A model generated the notes under the pieces. It was given only the letters and a program-made list of their open reading frames with translations, made no database searches and was not told where the DNA came from. From Candidatus Latescibacterota bacterium (GTDB taxonomy: Bacteria > Latescibacterota > UBA2968), in contig OZ241986.1 in the NCBI GenBank assembly GCA_965204375.1, positions 5,312,001-5,376,000 on the forward strand: a stretch of DNA of 64,000 nucleotides. Direction: 5' to 3'. Shown in pieces: positions 1-9,321 of the stretch; positions within the stretch are counted from its first letter, which is position 1, and each line of letters opens with the position of its first letter. Position numbers and translations under genes: made by a program.

Positions 1-32
1 AGCAGAAGTATTTCCTCGGCAAATCTCAGCAT
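1..32 (-). CDS. 5' end of a probable GPP34 (Golgi phosphoprotein 3-like) family gene, running off the window
   Basis: Minus strand reads ATG CTG AGA TTT GCC GAG GAA ATA CTT CTG = MLRFAEEILL, like the LxxAEELLLL N-terminus of bacterial GPP34 proteins; AGGA RBS upstream. Only 10 codons visible. Confidence 0.55.
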   Translation of the reverse strand, partial: MLRFAEEILL

Positions 33-180
33 GGTATATGTTCCTGCATATCTACTATTACGCGATGTGTGACTTCAAAATTTTACGAGGCCGTCAAAAT
101 CAAGGGGGTCCCTGTAATTGATGATATTGAGAAAGACACACAGGGTATGGGTTAAGATTTTGGTATTTTCTATAACATAT

Positions 181-196
181 AGCAAAAAATATGCCA
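181..196 (-). promoter_or_regulatory. sigma54 (-24/-12) promoter
   Basis: Minus strand TGGCATATTTTTTGCT matches TGGCAC-N5-TTGCW with correct GG/GC spacing; faces the gene starting at 32. Confidence 0.7.
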
Positions 197-272
197 GATT
201 ATACTAAACGATCTAATCCCTTGTAAATAAAGGAGTTGGATCATGTGAGGAATGATTCGCAGATCTTTGAAT

Positions 273-415
273 TGTTGCAGAATGCGACACTCAGGAGTGC
301 ATATCTACTGAGTTAGATATGAAACAAATATTTGTTTATAGGGGATTTATGGAAAATTAAAGGTGGGATATAGAGGATTTGTTGCAATTTGTAACAAGGG
401 TTGCATTTTACAACA
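273..415. promoter_or_regulatory. Putative enhancer-binding-protein sites (TGT-N11-ACA type)
   Basis: TGTTGCAGAATGCGACA (273-289), TGTTGCAATTTGTAACA (380-396), GGTTGCATTTTACAACA (399-415), 80-220 bp upstream of the sigma54 site. Confidence 0.55.
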
Positions 416-782
416 AATATGACCAATACGACCTCGTTCCAAAAAATGAAAATTTTTTTGGAAGGAATTTGCAAGGAAATATTCTATATTATGTCATATG
501 CGACTTTAAATAGACAAGAGGAGGTTCCTGGGGTATATTGCAAAAATTTCTATAAGTTGTTTAAAAACAATCATTACACCCCCCCCGAATTTTTCAAATT
601 CAGAATCGCTACCCTATGCGATTTTTTGTACTGCCCGACGAAATAACTCTAAAAATTGTCACACCCAACCTGTCCATATTTATTCGGTATTACTTTATGG
701 AGATTTTGAAGTCACACATCTCGTCTACTATTTTGACCCAAAACCCCTTACGAGACCGATTAGATCGGCGTTGATATCAATT

Positions 783-1111
783 ATATGGCCGAAAACCGCG
801 TACCATGAATCCATTGTCTTTTTTTGCCTCTGCCGCACGTTTTGCCGATTCTGCGCGGTTTTTTGTGGTGGTGCCGCGTATGACGACGTAATCATCAGCC
901 CTGCGGTAGCGGTGTATGAAGACGGGGCGGGGTTTGTCCGAGTGGTTCTGTTTGGAGCCGTGAACGGTTTTGACGTGGAAGAAGATGGCGTCACCGGGTT
1001 GACCGGGTATTGGGAGGGCGCGTTCGTAATTGTCAGGGGCGAGTAAAAAGTGCTGTTATGAGATTTCCTGTTTGGGCTGTTTGTCGTTTGAGTGCCCGGT
1101 GAGATGGCGAG
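783..1111 (-). pseudogene. Mosaic remnant: PhyH 3' end + PhyH internal piece + Gfo/Idh/MocA internal piece
   Basis: 783-1025 aligns ungapped to 4694-4936; 1021-1041 to 5298-5318; 1038-1111 to 9846-9919. Confidence 0.9.
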
Positions 1112-1145
1112 TAAATTGTTTAAAACAGATCAATTTCTAAGCCTC

Positions 1146-1174
1146 TTGACAACACTTTCCCGACTATTTATTAT
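1146..1174 (+). promoter_or_regulatory. sigma70 promoter of the LRR gene
   Basis: TTGACA-17 bp-TATTAT. Confidence 0.7.
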
Positions 1175-1249
1175 GGGCATGATAAACAGGAGTCAGTTGT
1201 CGAGGTCGTCCAGGTCCTCGCGACGGTGAACGGCCTTATTGAGGTAAAG

Positions 1250-4200
1250 ATGCCCAAACGCAAAGGATTCCCCCCCCGTTTATTCCTCACCCTCTGTATC
1301 GCCAGTCTGCTGAACTTGATTTCCTCGTGGTCTCTTTTCGCACAGACAAGTAGTTTTTCCCTTTCTCTGGATCTAAATGGTTCTGATGGCGATCAGGCTA
1401 TCCAGTCTCTTGATGTATTTCCCAATCAAGTTATTTTTGTTCAAATTTTTGGCAAAGATATTCAAAATGCCAACAGTCTTTTGACGCGCTTTGAATACCC
1501 TGCGACACAGGTTGTTTACGAGGGGTTTGATGCTGGCGATGTATTGTCCAATGCCTCAGTACTCTTAGAGCCAGGTTCGGGTTTTGTCGAGATCGATATC
1601 GCGTCTTCTAATGGGTCTGCAACGGTCAAAAGCGGTCTGATGGGCACGTTGCGTTTTCGTACGACAGATACGTTTGCGGGTACGCGGATTCGGTTGGTGC
1701 GTGCGGAACTGGGGCGGGGGGGACAGTTTGAGACTGTGACCTTATCTGTTAGTGTAGCCTTACAGGTGGCTGCTTCCTCTTCTCTGGACATTGATGAGAG
1801 TGGGGTTGTGGATTTTTCCGACTTTTTGGTATTGGCGGGTGCCTTTGGGGCACAACGGGGCGATACACGGTATGAAGATCGGTTGGACCTGGATCGCAAC
1901 GGGTCTATAGAGTTTTCAGATTTTCTCGAATTTGTTGGCGTGTTTGGAAAAAAAGTGTCACACCCATTCTTACCGGTCTGTGACCGCACCGCCCAGGTAC
2001 GCGATGCGATTGTGGCGGCAGTATCTGTAAGCACCTGTGGCGATGTGACAGAGGTGCATCTCGTAGCGATAGATTCTCTCAGTGTGGCCGGGGCAAACCT
2101 CTCAGAACTGCAAGCCAATGAATTATCTGGCCTGACCGCTTTGACATGGCTCAATCTGAGGGGCAACCAACTGACCAGGCTACCGGAAGGCATCTTTGAT
2201 GGCCTGACTGCCCTGACATGGCTCAATCTGGGTAACAACCGCCTCAGCATAATCCCATCCGAATTGGGCAATCTGACCAATCTTACGTATCTGCATTTTG
2301 GGCGCAATCAGTTGAGTGGTGAGATTCCATCCGAATTGGGCAATCTGACCAATCTTGAGTACATGTCTCTTGGTGGCAATCAGTTAGAGGGTGAGATACC
2401 AGCAGCATTGGGCAACCTATCCAATCTTGAATACCTGTCCCTTAGTGGCAATCAGTTAAGTGGTGAGATTCCATCCGAATTGGGCAACCTGTCTAATCTT
2501 AAAGACCTGGGACTTAACAACAATCAGTTGCGTGGAAAGATTCCCGTGGCATTGGGCAACCTGTCCAATCTTGAGCGTCTGGGTCTTTACAACAATCAAT
2601 TGAGCGGTGAAATTCCGTCCGAATTGAGCAGGCTGACAAAGCTCACAGGCCTGTGGCTTGGCAACAATCCATTGCGTGGCGCGCTTCCCCATAGCTTGAT
2701 AGAGCTGACAAATTTGGAGGAATTTTACTTTGGGGGCGGGGGATTATGTGCGCCTCTTGATGCGACCTTTCAAAAGTGGCTTCAGGGCATTGATGAGGTC
2801 AATGGCCCGACTTGCATCCCTGCGTCACAGCGCGAGGCATTGGTGGCTCTGTACCGGGCGACAGACGGCGACAATTGGACGGATAAGACAAATTGGCTAA
2901 GTGACAAGCATCCTTCGACCTGGCATGGCGTCGGGGTTTCCGAGGGTTGGGTTACACGTTTGGATCTGAGGAAGAACAATCTGACGGGCATGCTTCCTGC
3001 CGAATTGAGCAATCTGACCCATCTTGTTTACTTGAATATAGGCGACAATTCATTGCGTGGCGCGCTTCCTCATAGCTTGATGGAACTGACAAAATTGGAG
3101 GAATTTCACTTTAGGAGCGGGGGGTTATGTGCGCCTCTTGATGCGACCTTTCAAAAGTGGCTTCAAGGCATTGATGAATTCAATGGTCCGACTTGCACCC
3201 CTGCATCACAGCGCGAGGCATTGGTGGCTCTGTACCGGGCGACAGACGGCGACAATTGGACGGATAAGACAAATTGGCTAAGTGACAAGCATCCTTCGAC
3301 CTGGCATGGCGTCGGGGTTTCCGAGGGTTGGGTTACACGTTTGGATCTGAGGAAGAACAATCTGACGGGCATGCTTCCTGCCGAATTGAGCAATCTGACC
3401 AACCTTAGGGAACTGTGGCTTTACGACAATGAGTTGCACGGTGAGATTCCATCCGACTTGGGTAAGCTGCCCGACCTTGTGGAACTGGATTTTGGCTACA
3501 ATCAATTGAGTGGTGAGATTCCATCCGAATTGGGCAATCTGTCCAATCTTGAGAAATTGGGTCTTTACAGCAATGAGTTGCGCGGTGAGATTCCGTCCGA
3601 ATTGAGCAGGCTGACAAAGCTCAATAGCCTGTGGCTTAACAACAATCAGTTGAGTGGTGAGATTCCATCTGAATTGGGTAAGCTGACCAACCTCGAGGAA
3701 CTGGATTTTGATTACAATCAATTGAGTGGTGAGATTCCATCCGACTTGGGTAACCTGTCCAGTCTTGATGGTCTGGATCTTTCTAATAATCAATTGGGCG
3801 GTGAGATACCTGTTGAATTGGGCAAGCTGTTCTTCCTCAGATCGTTGTCGCTTCGCGACAATCAATTGAGCGGTGAGATACCTGTGGAATTAGGCAAGCT
3901 ATCCTATCTCGATGCACTGGATTTTGGCAACAATCAATTGAGTGGTGAGATTCCATCCGAATTGGGTAAGCTGACCAATCTTGAATGGCTGTGGCTTTAC
4001 AGTAATCAGTTGCGCGGTGAGATTCCATCCGAATTGGGTAAGCTGACCGACCTTGTGGAACTGGATTTTGGCTACAATCAGTTGCGCGGTGAGATTCCAT
4101 CCGAATTGGGCAATCTGTCCAACCTTACAGACCTGGGACTTAGCAACAATGAGTTGGAGGGTGAGATTCCATCCGAATTGGGCAACCTGTCCAGTCTTGG

Positions 4201-4669
4201 GTGGCTGCGGCTTGACAACAATCAGTTGAGTGGTAAGATTCCATCCGAATTGGGCAATCTGTCCTTCCTCAAAGAGCTAGAGCTTCACGACAATCAATTG
4301 AGCGGTGAGATTCCTGTGACATTGGGTAAGCTTACCAACCTTGAGGAACTGTGGCTTAGCAACAATCAGTTGAGTGGTGAAGTTCCTGTTGAATTGGGCA
4401 ACCTGTCCAGTCTTGAGTGGCTGTGGCTTAACAACAATCAGTTGAGTGGTGAAGTTCCTGTTGAATTGGGCAACCTGTCCAGTCTTGAGTGGCTGTGGCT
4501 TAACAACAATCAGTTGAGTGGTGTACTTCCCCACAGCTTGATAGGGCTGACGAAACTGGAGAAATTTTACTTTGGGGAGGGCGGAGGGTTATGTGCGCCG
4601 CTTGATGCAGCTTTTCAGATGTGGCTTCAGGGTATTTCAGAAACCAGTGGTCCGAATTGTTCAAGATAG
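1250..4669 (+). CDS. Secreted cohesin-like + EF-hand/dockerin + plant-type leucine-rich repeat protein
   Basis: Signal peptide (MPKRK...SLFA); beta-sandwich domain; paired DxDxSGxVDFSDF motifs; many 24-aa LxxLxLxxNxLSGEIPSELGNL repeats; LRRNT-like caps (REALVALY...W.GV). ATG at 1250 follows GAGG; the ORF opens at 1226. Confidence 0.9.
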   Translation: MPKRKGFPPRLFLTLCIASLLNLISSWSLFAQTSSFSLSLDLNGSDGDQAIQSLDVFPNQVIFVQIFGKDIQNANSLLTRFEYPATQVVYEGFDAGDVLSNASVLLEPGSGFVEIDIASSNGSATVKSGLMGTLRFRTTDTFAGTRIRLVRAELGRGGQFETVTLSVSVALQVAASSSLDIDESGVVDFSDFLVLAGAFGAQRGDTRYEDRLDLDRNGSIEFSDFLEFVGVFGKKVSHPFLPVCDRTAQVRDAIVAAVSVSTCGDVTEVHLVAIDSLSVAGANLSELQANELSGLTALTWLNLRGNQLTRLPEGIFDGLTALTWLNLGNNRLSIIPSELGNLTNLTYLHFGRNQLSGEIPSELGNLTNLEYMSLGGNQLEGEIPAALGNLSNLEYLSLSGNQLSGEIPSELGNLSNLKDLGLNNNQLRGKIPVALGNLSNLERLGLYNNQLSGEIPSELSRLTKLTGLWLGNNPLRGALPHSLIELTNLEEFYFGGGGLCAPLDATFQKWLQGIDEVNGPTCIPASQREALVALYRATDGDNWTDKTNWLSDKHPSTWHGVGVSEGWVTRLDLRKNNLTGMLPAELSNLTHLVYLNIGDNSLRGALPHSLMELTKLEEFHFRSGGLCAPLDATFQKWLQGIDEFNGPTCTPASQREALVALYRATDGDNWTDKTNWLSDKHPSTWHGVGVSEGWVTRLDLRKNNLTGMLPAELSNLTNLRELWLYDNELHGEIPSDLGKLPDLVELDFGYNQLSGEIPSELGNLSNLEKLGLYSNELRGEIPSELSRLTKLNSLWLNNNQLSGEIPSELGKLTNLEELDFDYNQLSGEIPSDLGNLSSLDGLDLSNNQLGGEIPVELGKLFFLRSLSLRDNQLSGEIPVELGKLSYLDALDFGNNQLSGEIPSELGKLTNLEWLWLYSNQLRGEIPSELGKLTDLVELDFGYNQLRGEIPSELGNLSNLTDLGLSNNELEGEIPSELGNLSSLGWLRLDNNQLSGKIPSELGNLSFLKELELHDNQLSGEIPVTLGKLTNLEELWLSNNQLSGEVPVELGNLSSLEWLWLNNNQLSGEVPVELGNLSSLEWLWLNNNQLSGVLPHSLIGLTKLEKFYFGEGGGLCAPLDAAFQMWLQGISETSGPNCSR
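2670..3400 (+). repeat. Intragenic direct duplication, period 381 bp
   Basis: 2670-3019 is near-identical to 3051-3400 (LRR C-cap, linker, N-cap). Confidence 0.9.
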
Positions 4670-4690
4670 GCGTCGCTCGGATTGCTTTTT

Positions 4691-5557
4691 TTAATATGGA
4701 CGAAAACCGCGCACCATGAATCCATTGTCTTTTTTTGCCTCTGCCGCGCGTTTTGCCGATTCTGCGCGGTTTTTTGTGGTGGTGCCGCGTATGACGACGT
4801 AATCGTCGGCTCTGCGGTAGCGGTGTATGAAGACGGGGCGGGGTTGGTCCGAGTGGTTTTGTTTGGAGCCGTGAACGGTTTTGACGTGGAAGAAGATGGC
4901 GTCACCGGGTTGACCGGGTATTGGGAGGGCGCGTTCCCAGGGCCATTCGTCGTCTGCGAGTCCCAGGTGCGAGAAGGTGTCGATGTGGTCGAGTTGCCCC
5001 AGTTTGTGAGAGCCGGGTACGACGTGGAGGGCGCCGTTTTTGAGGTCGGTGGGGACGACGTAGGTGAGGATGCCAACGGGTCCTTCGTATCGGTGTTCAA
5101 AATACGCCGAGTCCTGGTGCAGGTGTTTGGGGTGGCCTCCGACGGGTTCTTTGTAGAGGCATTGCCCGTTGCCGTAGAGTTCGATGTTGGGTCCGAGGAT
5201 GGCTTCGACTATGTCGAGGGTGGGGGGGTGAAATGCCGAGCGAAAGAAGGTCGCGCTGGTGTGGTAGTTGATGCCGAGGACCATGATTTGTCGGTCCCGT
5301 TCATAATTTTCAGGCGCGGGTATAAAGAGGGTGTTGTTGGGCGTGCGCCATCCTTCGGGTATTGCGCTGGCTTGATCGAGGAGGGCGAGGGATTGCCTAA
5401 CTGTGGCGTCGATGTCGCGGTGAAGCGCGTCAATGTATTCGCGGAGCAAACCTCGTATGACTATCGCGCCATGCGTTTTGAATGCCTCGGCTGCACGCTG
5501 AAGGTCGATGTCTTTGGACTGGAAGTCCAGATCGTTTAGAGAGATGGTTTGGGTCAT
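4691..5557 (-). CDS. Phytanoyl-CoA dioxygenase (PhyH) family Fe/2OG oxygenase
   Basis: HQD motif, NGALHVVPGSH, GDAIFFH..TVHGS. Confidence 0.9.
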   Translation of the reverse strand: MTQTISLNDLDFQSKDIDLQRAAEAFKTHGAIVIRGLLREYIDALHRDIDATVRQSLALLDQASAIPEGWRTPNNTLFIPAPENYERDRQIMVLGINYHTSATFFRSAFHPPTLDIVEAILGPNIELYGNGQCLYKEPVGGHPKHLHQDSAYFEHRYEGPVGILTYVVPTDLKNGALHVVPGSHKLGQLDHIDTFSHLGLADDEWPWERALPIPGQPGDAIFFHVKTVHGSKQNHSDQPRPVFIHRYRRADDYVVIRGTTTKNRAESAKRAAEAKKDNGFMVRGFRPY

Positions 5558-5572
5558 GATATAAACTCGGTC

Positions 5573-7102
5573 TTACGATTGGTTTGGATCATCCCGTAAA
5601 GTTTCTAAAATTTCACTGCAGTATCCTTCAACAATCGTACGCTCATGGGGTTGGAGTACCTCATCACGATTATGAGCCAGGGGATTTCTACACTTCGCAA
5701 GTAACTTTTGGCGTTCCTCCCAGTAATTCTTATCCTTACCAAAGATAGGCCGAAAGAGGTCATCCCATAAACCTCTCGCACGAATAATCTCAAACAAATG
5801 TGTGGGATAAGTAAAATCGATCAGATTATGTGATGCTCTATCTCCAAATGATTTTTCTTCTTTCTGCTGCGCTTTACGGCAGTCATCAAAAATGTTCTTT
5901 AAGTTTGGACGTGTTTTCCCCAGTTCGTCAATCCAGTTCACCCCATACGCATTGGACAGGGTGTTTGTAATTACCTCACGAAGCGCTTTCTCAGTGTCTC
6001 TCCAGATCGGCCATAAATCTGCGGCAAATTCTGTTGCACGCTCTTGGAGCTTAAGATAATCGTGAAAGTGTTCTGAATAGGCAGCGTAAGTTCCATTTTG
6101 GGTTGGCTTAATCAATCCGTAGTTTTGAAGTTCAGTCACATCAGTTCGCTTGACATCGATAACGGGACCAAACAAAATTTGGATTAACTTATTAAGGGTC
6201 CCTTCCCCCCGCAGTAAACGAATCATGTCGTCGTAATGTTCAAAGAAGGACTGGCTAATCGTATCGGCGGCGTTATCGACATTAATTTTTTGATTTTCAC
6301 GAAATATCTCGACAATTTCACAGCCTAACATTTCAAGAAGATAGGGGTGCGCCCCGCAATAGAATAACACACGTTCTCGGTCAGCATCAGATAGTGATAT
6401 CCCGATAGACGAAAATTGATCAAAGTAGGTTTCTAAGTCCTCCTCACGGAACGTTGTTAAACGTTGAACCTGAAAAATGTTATGAAATGGGGAGTTGGAT
6501 CCAGCATCTTGCTCAATATCTCTAATACTCCGACGAGAGGTTAAAACGAGCGATAGCCGATAATCCGGGTAATCAGCCAGCTCTCGTAAGCGCTGAAAGG
6601 CCGTATCCCCTTTGAAGAGAAGTCGAGCCTGATCAAATTCATCAATAATGAAAAGGGTGCCATAGCCAGCTTCTTGGACTTTCTTAAAAAAGCGTTTAAT
6701 TTGGTTCCACGGATCCTGAGTCTCCAATGCGCGGTCGGCTAAACGTTGAATTTGTTCTGTGAGCCAGTTTAAGTCCTCCATTTCATCAACACATTCAGTT
6801 ACAAGCGAGCGGAAGAAATTCAACGACTGATTATACGAAGAAAGCCCTATCCAAATCGGAAGAACTCCCTTCTGGGTTAGCTTATCTTTCTGCTCAATGA
6901 TCGTTTTGTAAGCCAAGCTGCTTTTGCCGATACGATGTATCCCAATGATAGCCAGGTTCCCCGGATCCGTGGGCTGAATGATTCGACTTTCGATAACCCT
7001 TATAATTTCCTTACGACCGATGAAGCGTTCTCCGCGAACAATTTTACCGTAATCTGCAAATGGATTTTCAAACGCAGAATTCATTCTGTTCTCCAATTTC
7101 AT
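5573..7102 (-). CDS. STAND-like ATPase with C-terminal Swt1-like HEPN domain
   Basis: NPF...FIGR, Walker A GIHRIGKSS, Walker B IIDEFD, GAHPY, winged helix, then E..LR and RNPLAH (Rx4H, 5672-5689). Confidence 0.8.
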   Translation of the reverse strand: MKLENRMNSAFENPFADYGKIVRGERFIGRKEIIRVIESRIIQPTDPGNLAIIGIHRIGKSSLAYKTIIEQKDKLTQKGVLPIWIGLSSYNQSLNFFRSLVTECVDEMEDLNWLTEQIQRLADRALETQDPWNQIKRFFKKVQEAGYGTLFIIDEFDQARLLFKGDTAFQRLRELADYPDYRLSLVLTSRRSIRDIEQDAGSNSPFHNIFQVQRLTTFREEDLETYFDQFSSIGISLSDADRERVLFYCGAHPYLLEMLGCEIVEIFRENQKINVDNAADTISQSFFEHYDDMIRLLRGEGTLNKLIQILFGPVIDVKRTDVTELQNYGLIKPTQNGTYAAYSEHFHDYLKLQERATEFAADLWPIWRDTEKALREVITNTLSNAYGVNWIDELGKTRPNLKNIFDDCRKAQQKEEKSFGDRASHNLIDFTYPTHLFEIIRARGLWDDLFRPIFGKDKNYWEERQKLLAKCRNPLAHNRDEVLQPHERTIVEGYCSEILETLRDDPNQS

Positions 7103-8670
7103 CCATTAACGACAAGCCATTCTTTGAAAAGAGCAACCTGAATTTGGTAATATTGCCCCTGATCGTGTTTAACGACATCTCGTTTCACGAGATCGTCCAG
7201 AATTTTATCAACGCGTAAACAGGTTTCGCAGTCAATTTTATCCCGATGACAGGGCCCTGTCCTGCTATTGGCGGCAATGGCCTTGAGGACTTTTAATGCA
7301 TCGTCATCTGAGATAGCATCCGTTGATGTATCTCCCGAATTAATGAGGTTATCAAACTTGTCTAAACCAAACGCATTTACACCCTGTATCAGTTCATTTT
7401 TAACCTGCTCTACATCCGCCTCTGTTACCAGTTCGGCATGTTTAAGATTCATATATTCAACCAGACGGTTGCATAAGATTTGAATGTAGAATGGACTGCC
7501 CGCGGTGAGATCTAAAATCCGTTCAATTGCTTGCTCTCGGTAACGACTTTCACCCTGTCTGCCACCTATACGAATGGGATCTTCGATGAGTTTAGTAGCG
7601 TCTTGTTTGTTGAGATAGGTGACGCGTTCATCCTGTGTTGTGCCAAACTCGTTGGGGAAATGTTCCTTGAACTTTGGCATCACATCCTGACCCACCAAAA
7701 CAGCACTGAAATAGTTTGCTTGCAACAAAGCTTTCCAGTTTTGCATGAATGCTTCGTGAATTTTACCAGCAACGATTCGGTCGTAAATATACTGGAATTC
7801 ATCTATCAAGAGCACAACCCTTACACCACGCCAATCCTCTTGTCTAGAGACGAGGCGATTTAGGGTTTTAAAAGTGTCTTGAAAGCATTGTAGCGGGGCG
7901 GGATGATTATAGAAATCAAGATCATCGGGTATAGAGAGGTCCAATGAACTAAAATCATCAGCAGATCGATCTTCAATCGCGTATTCTAACTCTGTTAAAA
8001 TGCGCTTGAGAATCTGGTATAGGATAGGGACTTCGGAATCCGGATCCTGAATCGTCCCAATGTTTCCCAGATCAAGGATAAGTAGCTCATTATCTTTTTG
8101 GAGTAACGTCTTCAGGTGATACAAAACCGAAGACTTACCAGATCGTTTTTGTCCAAATACTATGACACACTTGCTCTGCAAGCGAGATTCTTGAATAGTC
8201 TGTGCAATGTTTTGGATTAATTCATCACGTCCAAAAAACATGGCTGGATCGCCGACAATTCCCCCTTCGGCATAGGCAGCATAAGGGTTTTTAATCGTCT
8301 CAAAATCATCTTGGGGATAGAGGCGAATTGAGAGATTTTCGACCTGCGTTTCTTCTTGTTCATCTGCACGGGTACGATACCGGGCATATTTGGGTTTTTC
8401 CTCATCAGTTGATGTATTTGAACTGACTGGAACCGGATCTTCACTTTGTCCATTTTGCGGAGTCTCTGTCAAAGACTGCCAATAGATAACCCGCTCAATG
8501 GGTATCACGGTTGGAGACTGGTTTTCCTTGACTTCAATTTTGATATGCCTCCGCCCAATTTCTACGAGTTTGCCCGAGATGTCGATGCTACCTTGAAGAG
8601 AAAATTTGACTTGGCTTTCAAGGGGAACCTGTTCCTGTATTAATCGAGCATTCATATTTTCTCCCATCAT
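7099..8670 (-). CDS. STAND-like ATPase with short N-terminal beta domain and C-terminal winged helix
   Basis: NPY...FFGR, Walker A GQKRSGKSS, Walker B LLIDEF, GSPFY; ATGA overlap with the downstream gene. Confidence 0.8.
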   Translation of the reverse strand: MMGENMNARLIQEQVPLESQVKFSLQGSIDISGKLVEIGRRHIKIEVKENQSPTVIPIERVIYWQSLTETPQNGQSEDPVPVSSNTSTDEEKPKYARYRTRADEQEETQVENLSIRLYPQDDFETIKNPYAAYAEGGIVGDPAMFFGRDELIQNIAQTIQESRLQSKCVIVFGQKRSGKSSVLYHLKTLLQKDNELLILDLGNIGTIQDPDSEVPILYQILKRILTELEYAIEDRSADDFSSLDLSIPDDLDFYNHPAPLQCFQDTFKTLNRLVSRQEDWRGVRVVLLIDEFQYIYDRIVAGKIHEAFMQNWKALLQANYFSAVLVGQDVMPKFKEHFPNEFGTTQDERVTYLNKQDATKLIEDPIRIGGRQGESRYREQAIERILDLTAGSPFYIQILCNRLVEYMNLKHAELVTEADVEQVKNELIQGVNAFGLDKFDNLINSGDTSTDAISDDDALKVLKAIAANSRTGPCHRDKIDCETCLRVDKILDDLVKRDVVKHDQGQYYQIQVALFKEWLVVNG

Positions 8671-8699
8671 CTACTGCTATCATGGATGCTTTGACCTTC

Positions 8700-8728
8700 A
8701 TGATACTCAAAGCAACGCAAACTGTCAC
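8700..8728 (-). promoter_or_regulatory. Putative sigma70 promoter for the ATPase pair
   Basis: Minus strand GTGACA-17 bp-TATCAT, about 30 bp upstream of the start. Confidence 0.45.
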
Positions 8729-8749
8729 GCATATTTTGTAATTTCAGAC

Positions 8750-9310
8750 CTAAAATTCGAAAGTCTGTGCGATCCTTTTTGCAGTTTCCGAGGCTGTTAA
8801 TCTGGTATTATTAATTTTTACGTAATTTTGTGTGTAAAAGAAATCGTCATTTGAATTCAGTTTGTAATTCTGATCACTCTTGAGCAGATTTTTTTTCGAC
8901 GCTTCAATATCGCGTTTTGAAGGTTTCTGTTTTAGTCTTAATGGAGATGCGTTTCGCTTGAGGCGCTCTTCTTGATCTGCTTCGAGTTCGACGAAATAGA
9001 TTACCCCTCCTTTTGCTCGAAAAATATCGCAGCATTGGTCTATAAAGTTTTTGTCCGATGGATGGTCGAGTGCCCAGACATAGGTGAAGATCAGGCCCGG
9101 TAAATTACTGTTTGCGACTTCCTCAAAAATGCGTCGTCGAAATTCGTTTACTAACCGGCGAAATTCAGGCTGACCAAAATCAAAAAAATTAAGCGCGATT
9201 TCAATGGTCATATGATTGTGAAAGACCTTCAAGCCCGTGAGTTTCGCCAGTTCATACCCCACAGTCATTTTTCCGACAGCAGGGGGTCCGAATACAATTA
9301 CGAGTTTCAT
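8750..9310 (-). CDS. P-loop kinase, shikimate/nucleotide kinase-like (AAA family)
   Basis: MKLVIVFGPPAVGKMT; true start placed at 9310, the ORF extension overlaps the next gene. Confidence 0.85.
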   Translation of the reverse strand: MKLVIVFGPPAVGKMTVGYELAKLTGLKVFHNHMTIEIALNFFDFGQPEFRRLVNEFRRRIFEEVANSNLPGLIFTYVWALDHPSDKNFIDQCCDIFRAKGGVIYFVELEADQEERLKRNASPLRLKQKPSKRDIEASKKNLLKSDQNYKLNSNDDFFYTQNYVKINNTRLTASETAKRIAQTFEF

Positions 9311-9321
9311 GGGATTATTCA

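Noticed and set aside
401-646. 81-aa ORF in the AT-rich region
   Set aside because: TTG start overlapping a regulatory palindrome, no family motifs.
728-1046. ORFs 728-994 and 771-1046
   Set aside because: Alternative frames of the PhyH remnant. The LVRGFGSK end at 728-770 faintly resembles a PhyH tail but is too short to support.
783-1111. Possible DGR template/variable repeat pair
   Set aside because: Mismatches are not adenine-specific, are almost all synonymous, and there is no reverse transcriptase in the window.
1185-1245. Hairpin in the LRR gene leader as a riboswitch
   Set aside because: Only a short stem, with no recognisable riboswitch consensus; an Rfam scan would be needed.
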